64,000 nt of DNA, taken from Gonapodya sp. JEL0774 (taxonomy: Eukaryota). A program made the translations under genes and the position numbers. Within the stretch, counting starts at the first letter, position 1. Every line of letters starts with the position of its first letter. The notes beneath the pieces were generated by a model. The model did not search any database and was not told the DNA's origin. It was given only the letters and a program-made list of their open reading frames with translations. The stretch spans positions 62,001 through 126,000 of the forward strand of contig JADIIX010000058.1 in assembly GCA_027604505.1 (NCBI GenBank). The letters run 5' to 3'. Shown in pieces: positions 1 through 12,746 of the stretch.

Positions 1-74
1 CCACAGTCTCGGACGAAGGCTGTGGCGTCTCCTGCGCTGGGGAGAAGCAGTCCTCTTCCCTCTCAAGCTGCCAG

Positions 75-3000
75 ATGCTTCCAAACGATCGCCTTCTCGA
101 AAGTTGCGAGGCGGCAGATCTGTCTGGCATACAAAAAGCTCTCCTCGACGGAGCGAAACCAAATGTCGCCAGGAAGACCATCACCCTGACCGTGCCGAAA
201 CACAGCTCCACTTCGTCGGGGAAAAAGTCGGGTCTGGGTATGGGCATGGGGATGCTGGGTATGGGAATCGGGATGGGCGGTGACGAGGAACGAAGGGAAA
301 TCGTTCAGATGGGAGAACCTGTCATCGTTCTCGCGACTCTCACAATGAGGGCGGATATCGTGCAATGTTTGTGTGAAGCTGGTGAGTGCTGGGATACGTT
401 GTTGGAATTTACAAGAGGTGAAAACGATACGGGGGAAATGTGGACTTGTGCAGAGGAACGGTGAAGGATCTTCACCCGATCTCTCATGGGTTGACACGCT
501 CCAGCCACGAAGAATTGGAAACGCAATAGAGATGATGAAGAAGCTCTTGGTCGGGAGGGGATTTTGATGGGAACCAACCACCCACTGCGTCTCCCCATAC
601 TGTTTCTTCAATCACTCAAATTAGGTGCCGACCCGAACCTCCCTCTCTCCTGGTCCACTCCATCTTACGACCCTCACACTTCTCAATGGACATTTGTGCG
701 CCACACTCTACCGTCTGCACTCGACCTCGCACTTTCTACACAGGGAACATTCAACAAACGGGGCGCCACCGTCAGGTTCGATTTGCCTGCACCATCTGCA
801 TCAGCGGCAGCAGCTGCGGACATGATCGATGAGCTGACTCTCAACCCTGCGTTGGAAATTGTGCAAGCGCTCCTTGAAGGAGGCGTGCAAGTTCGGCGCC
901 GGCATGTGCTGAGAGCAGAAGAGATTCGTCGAGGCGTGCTTGTGGGCGGGTCGGTGTTCCAGGCTGATGATTTTGCGGAGCTTCTAGAGGGGAGGTGGAA
1001 CGGTGACGAGGACGGCGAAGATGAGGATGAGGAGGGAGTTGGGGCAGTGGACCCAAACCTGGCGAATACGGACCAACAGGTGCGTGACGTGCTGATGGAG
1101 CATCTGGGCCGAAAAGTCGCCACCAGACGCCTGCGATGGCTTGCGAGTCGCTGAGCTCGTCGGGCGGTCGAGTTACTGAGATTGGCTGGTGAGACAGGCA
1201 AAGCTGTTGCATCAGTACTTGTCTCCCCCACTCTTCGTCTGCGACTTTCTCATATTCCGCCCCACCTGCTCGATACCAACCACGTTCTTACCCCCGCTTG
1301 CCACAGACTTCGTCGTCGCCCAAGCTTAACATACAAGGTCTCCTCTACCGTCCACCTTCCCTACCTCCCCGTCCAAATGCAGACCCACTCGCCGGTACAG
1401 TTGTCGACAGTACCCACGCCGCATCAAAGGAAGAGGAATGGGGCGCTAGTGTGCCTGGCAGGAGGTCATCGGCCAGAATGTCCTTGGAACTGCAACTTCA
1501 GGAGCTGGAATTGGAGACTGGACCTGATGTAGAGCCTGAGGGTGATCTTGACCCGGATTCAAAACCGGAAGAGCCTGTTTTCCCACACCCGCACCCTCCT
1601 CCATTGCTCGCACAGGGGAACAAGAAGAGCTTTCAAAGGATTGATTCGCTTGCAATTGCAGCGGAGATACTGCAGGGGCCGCCGCCTTCTTGGGAACTTC
1701 CTGATCGTGACCAGAACAGTCGACAAGAACATGAGGGCGTCGATACAGAGCATATCCCAGCGAATGAAACAGTGGCGTCAGTGATTATCCCACCGGATTC
1801 TTTTGTAGTCACGACCCCTGTGGACTCGTCACCGCCAGCTGCGAATTCGGAGGATCCTCTCAGCTCCGTCGGGACCCCTGTATCGTCAACTCCTCTTCAT
1901 CCACCACCATCGTCTCCTCTTTCAGATCTTGCCGCTCTTGGCGTATCACTGGCGCGTTTGGCATCTCTCGAGCGTGAACGAGAATCGTGGCTGGAGGATC
2001 GCGCCCACCTCGTAGCCGCACTCGAGGCAGAAAGGCAAAGGACAGTCCATCCGGGACCGAGGGTCGAATCGGATGCGGCATTCCAAGCGAAGTTGTCGAG
2101 GCTAGCCTGGCTTGAGGGCGAGAGGGAGCGATGGGAGCGGGAGAAGGCAGAAATGACCGCAAATGTGATGGAAATGCGGGAGAGGGCTGAGCAGGTGGGT
2201 CGGACGGTGAATCCCATGGTTGCAGAAGTAGAGGATACTGGACCAGTAATCGGAGCAAGGAGTGATGTTGTGGTGTCAGAGGCAAGTGGGGTAACACATG
2301 GAGAACCGGAGGGTCTCAAAGATGAAGAAGCTGACTCTGTGACAATGGGCATGCGGACAGGTGGAGCGATTGATTCAGATGAAGGGCTTTTAATGGATAG
2401 GGAGTCGTTTGACCAGGCTCCATCAGCACAGCAAGGCTCAAAACTCGCTCTAGAAAATCCGCAGACTCGAGATGTCGAGGCTAAACATGGTGTTGCAGAG
2501 CACGACCACTCCTCGGATAACGTATCAAATGCAGAAGCGATGTCAAGGGACAGGGAGCCTGACAGGAAGCGTCAGCCCAAGAAACGGTCCGCTGACGGAT
2601 CCACGGCTGTGGAATCAGGCAAGAAGCGTATCGCCGAGCTCGAGCGGGCCATCAACCAAGAACGGCGCAGGGCGAATTCTCTTCAACTCACCGTTCGCAA
2701 GCTCGAGTCAGAGCTGGTCGCCGAACGTGGTCGCTCGGAGGATCTTCGCCGAGAGGTGGAGCGGGTGGTGTGGGAGATGCAGGAAGAGCGGAACCGAGCA
2801 GACGCAGTGGAGGCTGAGCTGGCTAAGATGGAGGAAGTGGCTGCCGGGGAGCGGAAACGGGCATCCAGGATGGAGAGGGCGAACATGGATACACAGGGTG
2901 AATTGGACGAGCTGAAGCAAACGACAGCTAACCTTCAACATATGTATATTGAGGAGAAGAGGTTGAGAGAAGAGTCACAACGGAGAGTGGAGTCTTTGAC

Positions 3001-3610
3001 CATGGATCCAGCGCTGTTGCTGGATAGGAGCGACAATGGATACACCTTGCAACCTGACAATGGGTGGGAAGACGCTTTGGACAGGAGTACTGCGCGATTG
3101 CTTGGTCCGTCTCCTTTACCACCTTCGAGGCCCCCGAGTGTCGCTGGTGTGAACGGCACCGCCGGGCACTTGGTGAGGGGTGATATTCTTCGATGGCCGG
3201 TCAAAGGTGGGATCCATCGACACGAAACCGCACCAGCCTCTTTCGCGTCGCCGCATTCACCAAAGCCCGGCGTTTGCACTGAGGTAACCTATCAAGTACG
3301 TCTCAATCCACCGCATTACGCCCGTACGCAGCTGAGGTGTGTAGCGGCGTTCCAGCCTCGAACGGAGGATGAAATCGCTCTTCAGGTGGGGGACGTCGTA
3401 TTGTGTATATGGACCTTTGATGATGGATGGGGCGGCGGGACGAATCGCTCGACTGCACAATCCGGGTACTTTCCCCTTTCACATTTGCGGTCCGCCGGAC
3501 AGAATGGAGGTATTGACGGAAGCTCAGTGACGACTCGAATAGACTGGTCCGTGGGAATGGCAGTGGACGTTCCAGTACCTGAGAGGTTACATTCGAAGCG
3601 ACGAAAGTGA
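75..3610 (+). CDS. Ankyrin-like N-terminus / coiled-coil / C-terminal SH3 protein (spliced; possibly 5'-partial)
   Basis: GT-AG intron 382-624 joins CLCEAG|ADPN (ankyrin-like), and an intron from about 1080 to 1306 joins the 770-aa ORF. That ORF has E/R-rich coiled-coil tracts and ends in an SH3 domain (CVAAFQPRTEDEIALQVGDVV...DDGWGGG...GYFPLSHL). The ATG at 75 directly follows a pyrimidine tract plus CAG, so an upstream exon is possible. Confidence 0.7.
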
Positions 3611-3924
3611 AGAGAGGAGGGGGCGGACACCACGTACATACTAGCACAACTATTTATTTAATTCAAGTCCTCCAATATCTCGTCTTTCCACCCTCCCCTC
3701 CATTTTTGATTTGAGTTCCTCCCCTTTCATGAAGTGCAATTAATTTACAGTTGAATTGAGAGAATTGGTTCCGGCATTGGTGTTTGATGTGGGCGGAAAG
3801 GCCACAGAAGGGGCCTACAAAGGCTGACTGGGACAAGTGATGGACACACCGATCAAGAACCCTCGACCAGGGCAGGATCGCATTTTTCAATCGCATGAAC
3901 TCCTCTCGAGCGTAAAGATATACA

Positions 3925-6900
3925 ATGGCTCTTCCATCCAACATTCATGTTGCCAATGCCGCCACCAGACGGGGTGAAGTGAAATTTCACGTTAAAAACA
4001 TTCCCTTCTCAGCGACCTGGAGCGACATTCTACAGGCTTTCTCTCCATACGGAACGGTGGTGAATGTGCAAATCCCGGAAGAAAGAGGTGCCTTTCCTTC
4101 TAAACGAAACAGAGGATTTGCGTTTGTTACTTTCATGGGTACTCCCGCGTTTCCACATCACGTCTTTCCGTATGTCATCCCGTCTCCTGCAGCCGTTCTC
4201 TGCTCTCTTTACACTTCCTTCCCCTCTCCGTCTTTCGGCTCTAAAGAGTGATTCGCAAGTACTCCTCTATAGCTCCTGATCCTCCTTATCCCCCAACGAT
4301 TTCTGGCAGGAGTCTTGCAGTCACACTGAGTGGGGACGGTTATCTCTCTGTATTCCAAATCAGCTGCACGCTCACTACTAACGACTTCACAAATTTCATA
4401 GCACGTGAAACCGTGATTCCCAATCCTGAGTTTGCGCCATGTACCTTTTCAGCGACTGGTTTCCAAATAGGGTATTTCGGACCACGCGAGACCGGCTCGC
4501 GCGACTATCTCTTTTGCACCGAGTGGGAATCCACGTCTGCCGTGATTTCAGCTGTGACATATACGTTTGACTTCGTATCCAAAACCTCGAAGGTCAAGTT
4601 CTCCTGCAATGGAACAGATTTTCGTTGGGATTCTCGCTTTAAAGATCAACGCGCCAATGTTGAGAAAATCGGCTCAAACAGTTACGCCGTCGTCGTTACT
4701 CTCTCCCGTCCCCCGAGATTCTTTGTACTGGAACACGATCCTCAGGGCAACAACTGGAATGAGGAAGACAGTTGGAAGCGTATTCACAACGTGTTCGCCT
4801 ATCTCTCGACCCCGGTAGCTGGTGTCACGCGGGCACCGCAGGAGTCCCCCCCTATCTCCGGAAAATCGGCCGATCCACTTGCGGATGCGTTCAGTACACT
4901 CTTCTTATTTGACTTGGTCTCGAGCGGGTTGCGTGTTAATCAAAGAACCCTCACAACACTGCCCGCGTCGTCTTTCCCATCTTTCGACTCCTCGCTTTCC
5001 TTTCGTGTGACTCTCACCTCAACCGACGATTACATGCTGGACTTCCGAGCCCGTGCCAACAGTTATCTCTTTCTGGACACCTACTACCCAACCCGTTCGA
5101 TCCTTTGTTCTCGCTTCAGCCGTTCTGCACAGTTGACCGACACAGGGTTCGACTTTGGGGTGTTTTATCACCTTGAAGTTCTTCTGTCCAATGGAATTAT
5201 CAGCCGGGGCTCGCCTTCTCTTGGGGAGATCGCTTCACTCCTGCGCACCACAAATACGCGCGTTGCGATCGAAGCACTCAAGTTGTTGTACGACCCTACA
5301 CAAAGGCTTGTTGACGGGTTGAAGAATGTCCAAGACGCGATCAGAAGCGTGAAAAGGAATACAAAGAAAAGTCGGGCGGGGATTCCTGGCCACTGTGTAC
5401 TCGTGTTGAAGGTTCGGGCAACTGTTTTTGCATCATTTTAGATGTTTTTTGGCTTCCTTAAGCGCATTCTCTTCGCAAGGCGATCATCACACCTACCCGA
5501 GTCTGTTTGCTTCCCGCTCAAATCGAGACTTCGAACCGTGTTCTCCGCGGAATGAAAAGCGAGCGTCACATATCCGAGGATCGTTTCTTACGCGTCGAGT
5601 TCCGCGACGAAGCCTTTGATCAAAAGGTGTTTGGCACGCGACTTCCGCAAGCCGCATCCCTCATCCACAGGATAAGTGACGTATTGAACACTGGAATCGT
5701 GATCGGTAGTCGTCGGTACGAATATTTGGCGAGTTCGGCGAGGTGGGTTCTGGGTGCATGCGTAGATGCTTTCTGTGGCTTGTAATACGATCGTGAAATG
5801 TTGTAGTCAGCTGCGAGATCACCAAGCATGGTTCTTTAGCCAAGCAGAGGACACGGATGCTCAGAGTATTCGAGAATGGATGGGCGACTTCTCGGACATA
5901 AAGATCGTCGCGAAATACAACGCGAGGTGAGCTGAACTTTTAGATTGGGAATCGTGACACGTGGGGGTGATTTTGAAAGTTCCAACAACAGACTCGGGCA
6001 AGTTTTTTCCACCACTCGCGCCACAGAAGTGCTCGAGCGCGCCCAGAAAGTGAAAATACCAGACGTAGAGCGGTACGGTTACTGCTTCAGCGATGGAGTT
6101 GGATTCATCAGTCCCGACCTGGCCACCAAGGTGGCGATTCGATTGAACCTACGCCAAGGCGATCCTACACCGTCTGCATATCAGATTCGGTACGCATGAG
6201 AGAAAAGAAAAGTTTTTAATTGATAATTTATGACTCTGTACCGTGTGGTTGCAGCATGGGCGGTTGCAAAGGAGTACTCAGTGTCAACTTCGAGCACTCG
6301 GGAAACACCGTGTGCTACCGCGGAAGTCAAGAAAAGTTCCCTGTGAGAAACCGTGACCGGAATATTGAATGTGATGGTGCGACTAACTTGCTCAACCCTC
6401 TACATATGCATAGAGCGAGCATTCTATCCTTGAAGTGTGTCAGCCCGCTCGAATGTACCCGGCGTTTCTAAACCGACAACTGATCACACTTTTGAGTACG
6501 GTGAGTTTTTTTGGAATGTGTACGAGCATCGATTGTATTTTCGGCATGATTCGCAGATTTTCGCCTTGTGCCTAGCTCGGCGTCCCCGATAGGGTATTTC
6601 TGGACTTACAACGACGTCACGTCACCGACCTCACAATGATGCTCGAAAATTCCAATCGCGCTCGAACTGTGTTGGGAAACTTTGCCAGCGACACGAACAC
6701 ATCGGCCTCAAAACTGATCGATCTCGTCATGGCCGGGTTTTTTGATGTCGATGATGCGTTTTTGATGAATGCACTGGTCAGTCATGTCCCCTTGTTTCCC
6801 AGTATCACTCCATGTGAATGCAGGAATCCTAGATCGCATTCAGACAATATCAGATGAAGGACCTGCAAAAACGAACTCATGTGCCAGTCTCAGATATGGC

Positions 6901-8299
6901 GGTGGTGCTTATGGGAATTGCCGACGAAACCAAGACACATGTTTTAAAACCAGGACAAATCTACGCCTCATATTGGGATCCCATTTCCCAAACGAAAAGG
7001 GTTTTTCGCGGGAAGGTCTTAATCACCCGCAATCCATGTTTTCACCCCGGCGATTGCCAGTTCGCATTCGCTGTGGACTATCCCGAATTTTCAAACCTCT
7101 TGAATGTCGTGGTTTTTTCTGTTCTTGGAGATCGGCCACTTCCCAACATGCTCAGTGGGGGCGATCTCGATGGTGACATTTTTTGGTGAGTGTACATGCT
7201 GGAACAACATCATGCATCTCCCAACTCACGTTCCAAGATAATGACCGAATCTAGGATAACGGCCGACGATCGTTTCTTTCCCCCAACTACTGATCCACCC
7301 ATGGATTACAAACCACCACCGCCCAGAACGGTTCCGAAGGTCACCATCACGCACGTCAAGGAATTCTTTACAGACTTTATTCAAAACGACAATTTGGGTT
7401 TAATTGCAAATGCACACTTGGTGAAAGCCGATAGTGAGTGCAGCTGCGCTACGCATCCTCTCCAACTAACCAATGTCCATATTCGTTGTATCGATTATTT
7501 ATACAAAAGAATCAGCCATGGGTGCTCGAGACCCAGATTGCTTGAAGCTTGCAGAGCTTCATAGCCAAGCGGTTGATTATTGTAAGACAGGTATACCGGC
7601 ACCACTAGATCTGAAACTCCTCCCAAAAGAGTACCCAACATTCATGGAGAAGAAAGACAAGAGGACCTATGTGTCGAAAAAAGTCATCGGGCTGATGTTC
7701 GATGAGATTGTGGCTGTGGCCGAGAACAATGGAGGTCCAAACCTCCAACCTCGAAAGCCACACCCACTACGTCGTTTGTATCGCCCCAACCAAACCATTT
7801 TCGAAATGGACGCCCAAGACACATGCCGGCGGTACTACCGGGATTTGACGGCGCAAATGAATCATTTTGGAGTGCGTGACGAGGTGCAGCTCGTGACCGG
7901 ATTTGTGCTGAAAGTTGCGAAATGGCTAAAAAGGAAGCGGCGACTGGAAGCCAAGAAGCAGGTTCGGAAATATTTTTTTTCGTTCGCCTTTGTCGTTTCT
8001 CGTCTCAGTTTTCATTCCAGATCACGGATAGCGTCTCCGTCATTCTGCAACAATATCGCCAAGAATTCTGGGAGGAGTTTCTCGGAGATGAAGCAGAAGC
8101 CAAAGCTCGACTGTCATTTAGTGAGATCTCCCGTGGCAGTACTATCAGTCGGCCTGATGTTGCCGCAAAGGCCGCGGCGTGGTACAAAGTGGGTTACGAA
8201 TATCAAGAAGACGAAGAGAGGGGCAAGAGAAACAAGATGATCTCATTCGGCTTTGTTGTGTGGGATGTTTTGTGCGAAATGATGGGTGGGAACCTTTGA
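3925..8299 (+). CDS. Cellular RNA-dependent RNA polymerase (RNAi; QDE-1/SAD-1/RDR family) with N-terminal RRM, multi-exon
   Basis: RRM motifs (FHVKNIPF; RNRGFAFVTF). RdRP motifs ETSNRVLR, DRFLRVEFRDE, YCFSDGVGFIS, SAYQIR|MGGCKGVL, LMGIADET, TRNPCFHPGD, catalytic LSGGDLDGD (~7150-7176) and LAELHSQAVDYCKTG. Confidence 0.95.
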
Positions 8300-8544
8300 A
8301 CAGGTTACTTGAGTACTTCCATAGATTTTTGACATTGAACAACACACTGTGTCGTGCGTGCTGCGGACAGATCTGGTGTCCAGGCACGATCGGTTTTCAC
8401 AACACATGAAGCAGAATTACTTATACCGCATGAATGAATAGCGTTCTTTCTTTTGCACGCTCGCATCCTCTCTCCACTGCTGCAGCCATAGGTGCAGTGG
8501 GAATCATCGTCCTCCCACAAACGCGACGCGCTCTCTTGCGGCCA

Positions 8545-9549
8545 ATGGGCATTGTCGCTAGCATATTCGGCTATGAGGTACATACCTCCATATCGTGTTT
8601 TGGCCTATGATCAATCGCATTTAGTCTATGCTTATCAAATACTTACCCTGCAAGTATGTAGAGCAGCCGCACTATGAAGTTCTGTACAGTTCCCCTCATG
8701 GTTTCGAGGTCAGACGGTACCCAGAGCTCATCGTTGCGCAAACCACTTATGAAGTGATAAATGGATCGGTTAGTGGTGGTTTCATGACGGTGGCAGGATA
8801 TATATTTGGTTAGAGATTCCCTACTCTTCCTTTCATTCCGCACTCGATTGCTACTCACTGGTATCCATTCACAGGCAAGAACAGGAAAAGAGGTGGAAAT
8901 GAGTCCGAAAAGGTTGCAATGGTAAGACTTCTTAGTGCCTGCAGTTTCTCTTCCCTCTCTCTTTCTCCCCCTCTTCCGTTTCTAGACTGCTCCGGTCATG
9001 ATGGACTCTCCCGCACCCGAGAAAATTGCCATGGTATGTAATCAGAAGATCAGTTCAATTGTTCTTGGCGATCCACAGGCTGAACCAACTTACATTCTCC
9101 CAGACCGCACCTGTGCTCATGGACGGTTCAAACTCCACCACTTCAACAGGACCCAAAACCATGACCATGTCATTTGTCATGCCCACCAAGTACAAGCATG
9201 TCGAGGACCTTCCAGAACCCTGTTTGTAAACTCCGACTTCGTACGCACCATAAATTGATCTCCCTATATTTTACAGTGGACCCTCGCGTAAGAATCACGA
9301 CCCGTCCTGCCTCGACGCTCGCGGTGCTTCGGCGCTCTGGCTCCATCTCTTTGCAACTCACGCAAAGCATGACAGCACAGCTACTCGTCGCGGTCGCTCA
9401 GGATGATGTCTGGGAGATTGATACTGAGCCTGACGGACGAAACGCGCAAGTGACTACCGCTGGCTACAACCCGCCATGGACACTACCGTGGCTAAAACGT
9501 AACGAGGCCCTTGTTGCGGTGAGGAAAAGAACCCAAGCGAGAATCTGAT
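8545..9549 (+). CDS. SOUL family heme-binding protein, multi-exon
   Basis: Spliced MGIVASIFGYE|YVEQPHYEV...FEVRRYP, GFMTVAGYIFG, KIAM|TAPV, MSFVMP and AGYNPPWTLPWLKRNE are hallmark SOUL/HBP motifs. Confidence 0.9.
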
Positions 9550-10188
9550 GAGCAATACTTGGCATCAATGAACATTGTAGCGTTTTCATAAATACAAATC
9601 TTCTTCAGAGAACCGCAGTCAGTTCCCCCCTCGTGGCATTAGCTGAATACCATTTTGTGAGTTTCCCGTGGTGGGAAGAATGCGCAGGTGAACCTAGTTG
9701 GTTTCAGGCATCTACTCGAATTGCGTAGACAACTGGCCGCTCAACATCCGCACACCAAATAATTTACTGCTGGTATCAAAATGGCCAGGTCTCAAAGCAT
9801 ACAAAGCGATGTGACCTTATGGAGGAATGACAGCAAATGTTTACACAATTGATGGTAAAACACCGCGGGCTTGGTACTGATGTGTCACGACACAATTATG
9901 CGAAGTCCTACGTATCATGATTGTTGCGTTAGGAAAATACATGGATGAAGTCACCTTCTTCCACCTTGGTGAATAAAACAGAGGAGGCGGGCTGGAGGCG
10001 GCCGAAAGTGGGGCATTTTCAATGCCGGCATTTGCGAAGACAGTTGTCCGATCAAAGAGCTTCTTGCTGTCTCCGCACTTCAAACAAAACAATCGCCACT
10101 AGGTCGGTAATAGAACGTGCTTGTGATGATGTGGCTCTTCATCTGAATCGATCGGTCTAAAGCGCTCGTTTCTCAGAACCTTACAGAA

Positions 10189-10740
10189 ATGCCTCCTCGT
10201 ATATCAAAAACTAAGGCCGATACGCCGGCAGCGTCAACCACCAAAAAGAGAAAAATCGAACCGTCTATGTCCTCATCGTCTGCGGCGTCTTCTTCTTCGG
10301 CAACGACACCTTCGTTCGTGTTCACTGTGAAGAAGAACTCGTACTATCCATCCGACGGTTTCCACAGTCCCATGGAGCCTGAGACAGAATTTGTCGGCTC
10401 ATTCACTTCAGTAGTGGAGGCGAACAAATGCGTGGAGGACATCTTTTATAATGATAATCCTTGGGGTTCTGACCCCGATGAAATGGAAGAAATGAAGAAA
10501 GAAGGGGATTTCAAGCGTAAAGTGGACAACAAAACAGGTCTCGTAAAGCTCTTATCAATGTCTCCTCCTGATAGCGAGGTCTGGGAGGTGACAGCTCAGA
10601 AATTGGACGTGATGGCGAGATGGATGGGTGTGAAAGCTTATAAGAAGGCAAAAGGCGATTCCCACCGTTACAGTAGTGGGGATGAAGGCAATTCCGATCT
10701 TGACAGTAGTGGGGATGACCTTTCTAGTTCTGACTTTTGA
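10189..10740 (+). CDS. Hypothetical protein, 183 aa, intronless, with NLS-like KKRK
   Basis: Clean ATG-to-stop ORF with protein-like composition: basic N-terminus, globular-looking middle, acidic/Ser tail. No family recognised. Confidence 0.6.
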   Translation: MPPRISKTKADTPAASTTKKRKIEPSMSSSSAASSSSATTPSFVFTVKKNSYYPSDGFHSPMEPETEFVGSFTSVVEANKCVEDIFYNDNPWGSDPDEMEEMKKEGDFKRKVDNKTGLVKLLSMSPPDSEVWEVTAQKLDVMARWMGVKAYKKAKGDSHRYSSGDEGNSDLDSSGDDLSSSDF

Positions 10741-11193
10741 AAATGAATGAACGTAACATAGCGGCGATCCGCGAACAAATGGGAAGCCTCATCTTACAGA
10801 AACTGGAACGCATTCTCTTAACTCTATAAAGATACAAGACACGCAATTACATTCAAGAAGGGGCCCCGAAGGTGGAGGCCAGTTTCATGAAGTATCAAAC
10901 TTCATCGCTAATGTTCAAAGCGTCCCAGTGAGTGAAAATGTCACTGAAAAAGAACATTATCAATCCCACGAAACAGCCGCACTCGAACTCGTCAACCGTT
11001 TGGAGAACTTGACTGTCCGCAAAATGATACATCTGAATGTAAAGAACGCAATCAAGTCCCCCCATCCCCCCCTTCCCCCCCCCGCTCATTACATTTCTTC
11101 CGAGTTCTATACTTCATTACGGTAGTTACTACTTTAATTTTACAAGAATGCATAATGCTCTACCCATTCTGTAACTGGTCCCCCATTTCGTTG

Positions 11194-12515
11194 TCACGCC
11201 GACACCGCAGTACCGTCCCCCGACAAGACTTCAGACTTTTCGACCTCCTCCAATGTCGATTCGGGGTGCCTGCTTCTCCCATGCCGCCGCCTGTCCCATC
11301 TCCTCAAGAATACCCTCCCACAGACACCGCAGGCGAACCCCCCACAGTCTCCAGCTCCCTTGCGTTTGTCCTTCCTCTCTACTTCAAGGACAGCCCAACC
11401 ATTCGGGTGCGCCGACTTGGCGTGCCGATCGGCGTCGTAGTGACGTAGAAAGAGCATCGTACATCCGAGTCGTGTGGAAAGCGGACAGGGCACCCGGCGT
11501 GCCGGGTTGTTGGAGGGCATACCAGCGATAAGGGCGATTATGTCGGGGACCACGGTTGTCTCCATTTCTGCCTGTGCCTGGACCAGGAGAAGGTTAGTCC
11601 GAAGAAAATAAATTGTTGGGAGCGTTCAAGCACCGGCCCTAATCTATACAGACGTAAAACCTTCTAGAAGCTCACCTCAGTTCTCGCTTTTGCCTGAGGC
11701 TTCAATCCAACGTGAAGCAATTCGTGTCGACGAAGCGACGACGCCAACGTGAGTTTACAGCCGCAAAATTCACAAACATGAGTTGTTGGTGAGATATGAC
11801 AGTAGCGAACGTGGAATGAGAGGAGTTTTTTCTGCATGGAGGAGAATGAGCGAAGGGGCCGGGTGAGAAAGGTGAAACGAAGTTTCCTACGGCACTTGTC
11901 CCGAAAACATCACATCAATATGCGTCACGAGGGGATCTTTTCCTGAGTACAATCAGCAAATTGCATTTCCAGCCGGAATTCGCTGGAGCTCTCTTTTCTT
12001 TGCGCGTCATTACCTCCCACACGCCTGCACCTCTCGATACGCTTCCTCTCGAAAACACTCACGCTTGCGTACGCCTTGCAACAACCATCTACCTCACACT
12101 TGAACCTGCTCCGCCTCTCCTCGAGGTTCTCATGAGTCACCTTGTGTCGTCTCAACCCGTCCATACTGGCAAACACTTTCCCGCAGTTGGGTTCTGTACA
12201 GAGGGGGATCCAGGCTGGGGCGTTTTCAGGTAGAAAACAGCGGGCACCAGTGCATTGGAGAGGAAGTAAACACGTGGGCGGGAGGAAAAGTAAAAGGGGA
12301 ATAATTGAGTGTCGATGGGGAAACGGAAGGTTCGGGAAAATTGTTCGGTATCGGAGATGGGTGTCACAGGAGGATGGGCAGGGAGTGTTACCACAACAGC
12401 TGGAGCTCATTGCATTGCGTGGCCGAGTAATAATCCTCAGCGCTTCTCTCGCGATTAAACGGGGACCTTCGATACCCTGTCCAGCTAACAGTTCCTTCAC
12501 GCTCCATATATCCAT
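11194..12515 (-). CDS. C2H2 zinc-finger protein, TFIIIA-like C-terminal arrangement (5' end uncertain)
   Basis: Five fingers after splicing: CTEPNCGKVFASMDGLRRHKVTH; CEVDGCCKAYAS|KKLLSFHVRYCH; CEFCGCKLTLASSLRRHELLH; then a spacer with DIIALIAG; CPLSTRLGCTMLFLRHYDADRHAKSAH; CGVCGRVFLRRWDRRRHGRSRH. Confidence 0.75.
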
Positions 12516-12746
12516 GACTCACATTTGTGTGCAATAATCTCACGAGCTTTCGTGCCCACCGAACAATCGTTCCCGGTAGAATTCGCGGATCGATCCACGG
12601 AGTTGTCGCAAGGGGGGATAACGGTGAGAAGGTCGTTCAAGGTGTAGGGAGATGGGGAAGGTGGATGAGGTGAGGGGGAAGGATGCGTGGAGGACTAAAA
12701 AGACAGACTGATAAGATATATCACACGAAAGACAACTTTCCGACGC

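Noticed and set aside
63..1231. Long antisense and alternative-frame ORFs throughout the track (e.g. 63-611, 683-1231, 35698-36264)
   Set aside because: These are shadows of GC-rich coding exons on the opposite strand, with no independent motifs.
3925..8299. RdRP as an endogenous RNA-virus element
   Set aside because: It has the DLDGD double-psi-barrel cellular motif and many spliceosomal introns, not a viral GDD palm polymerase.
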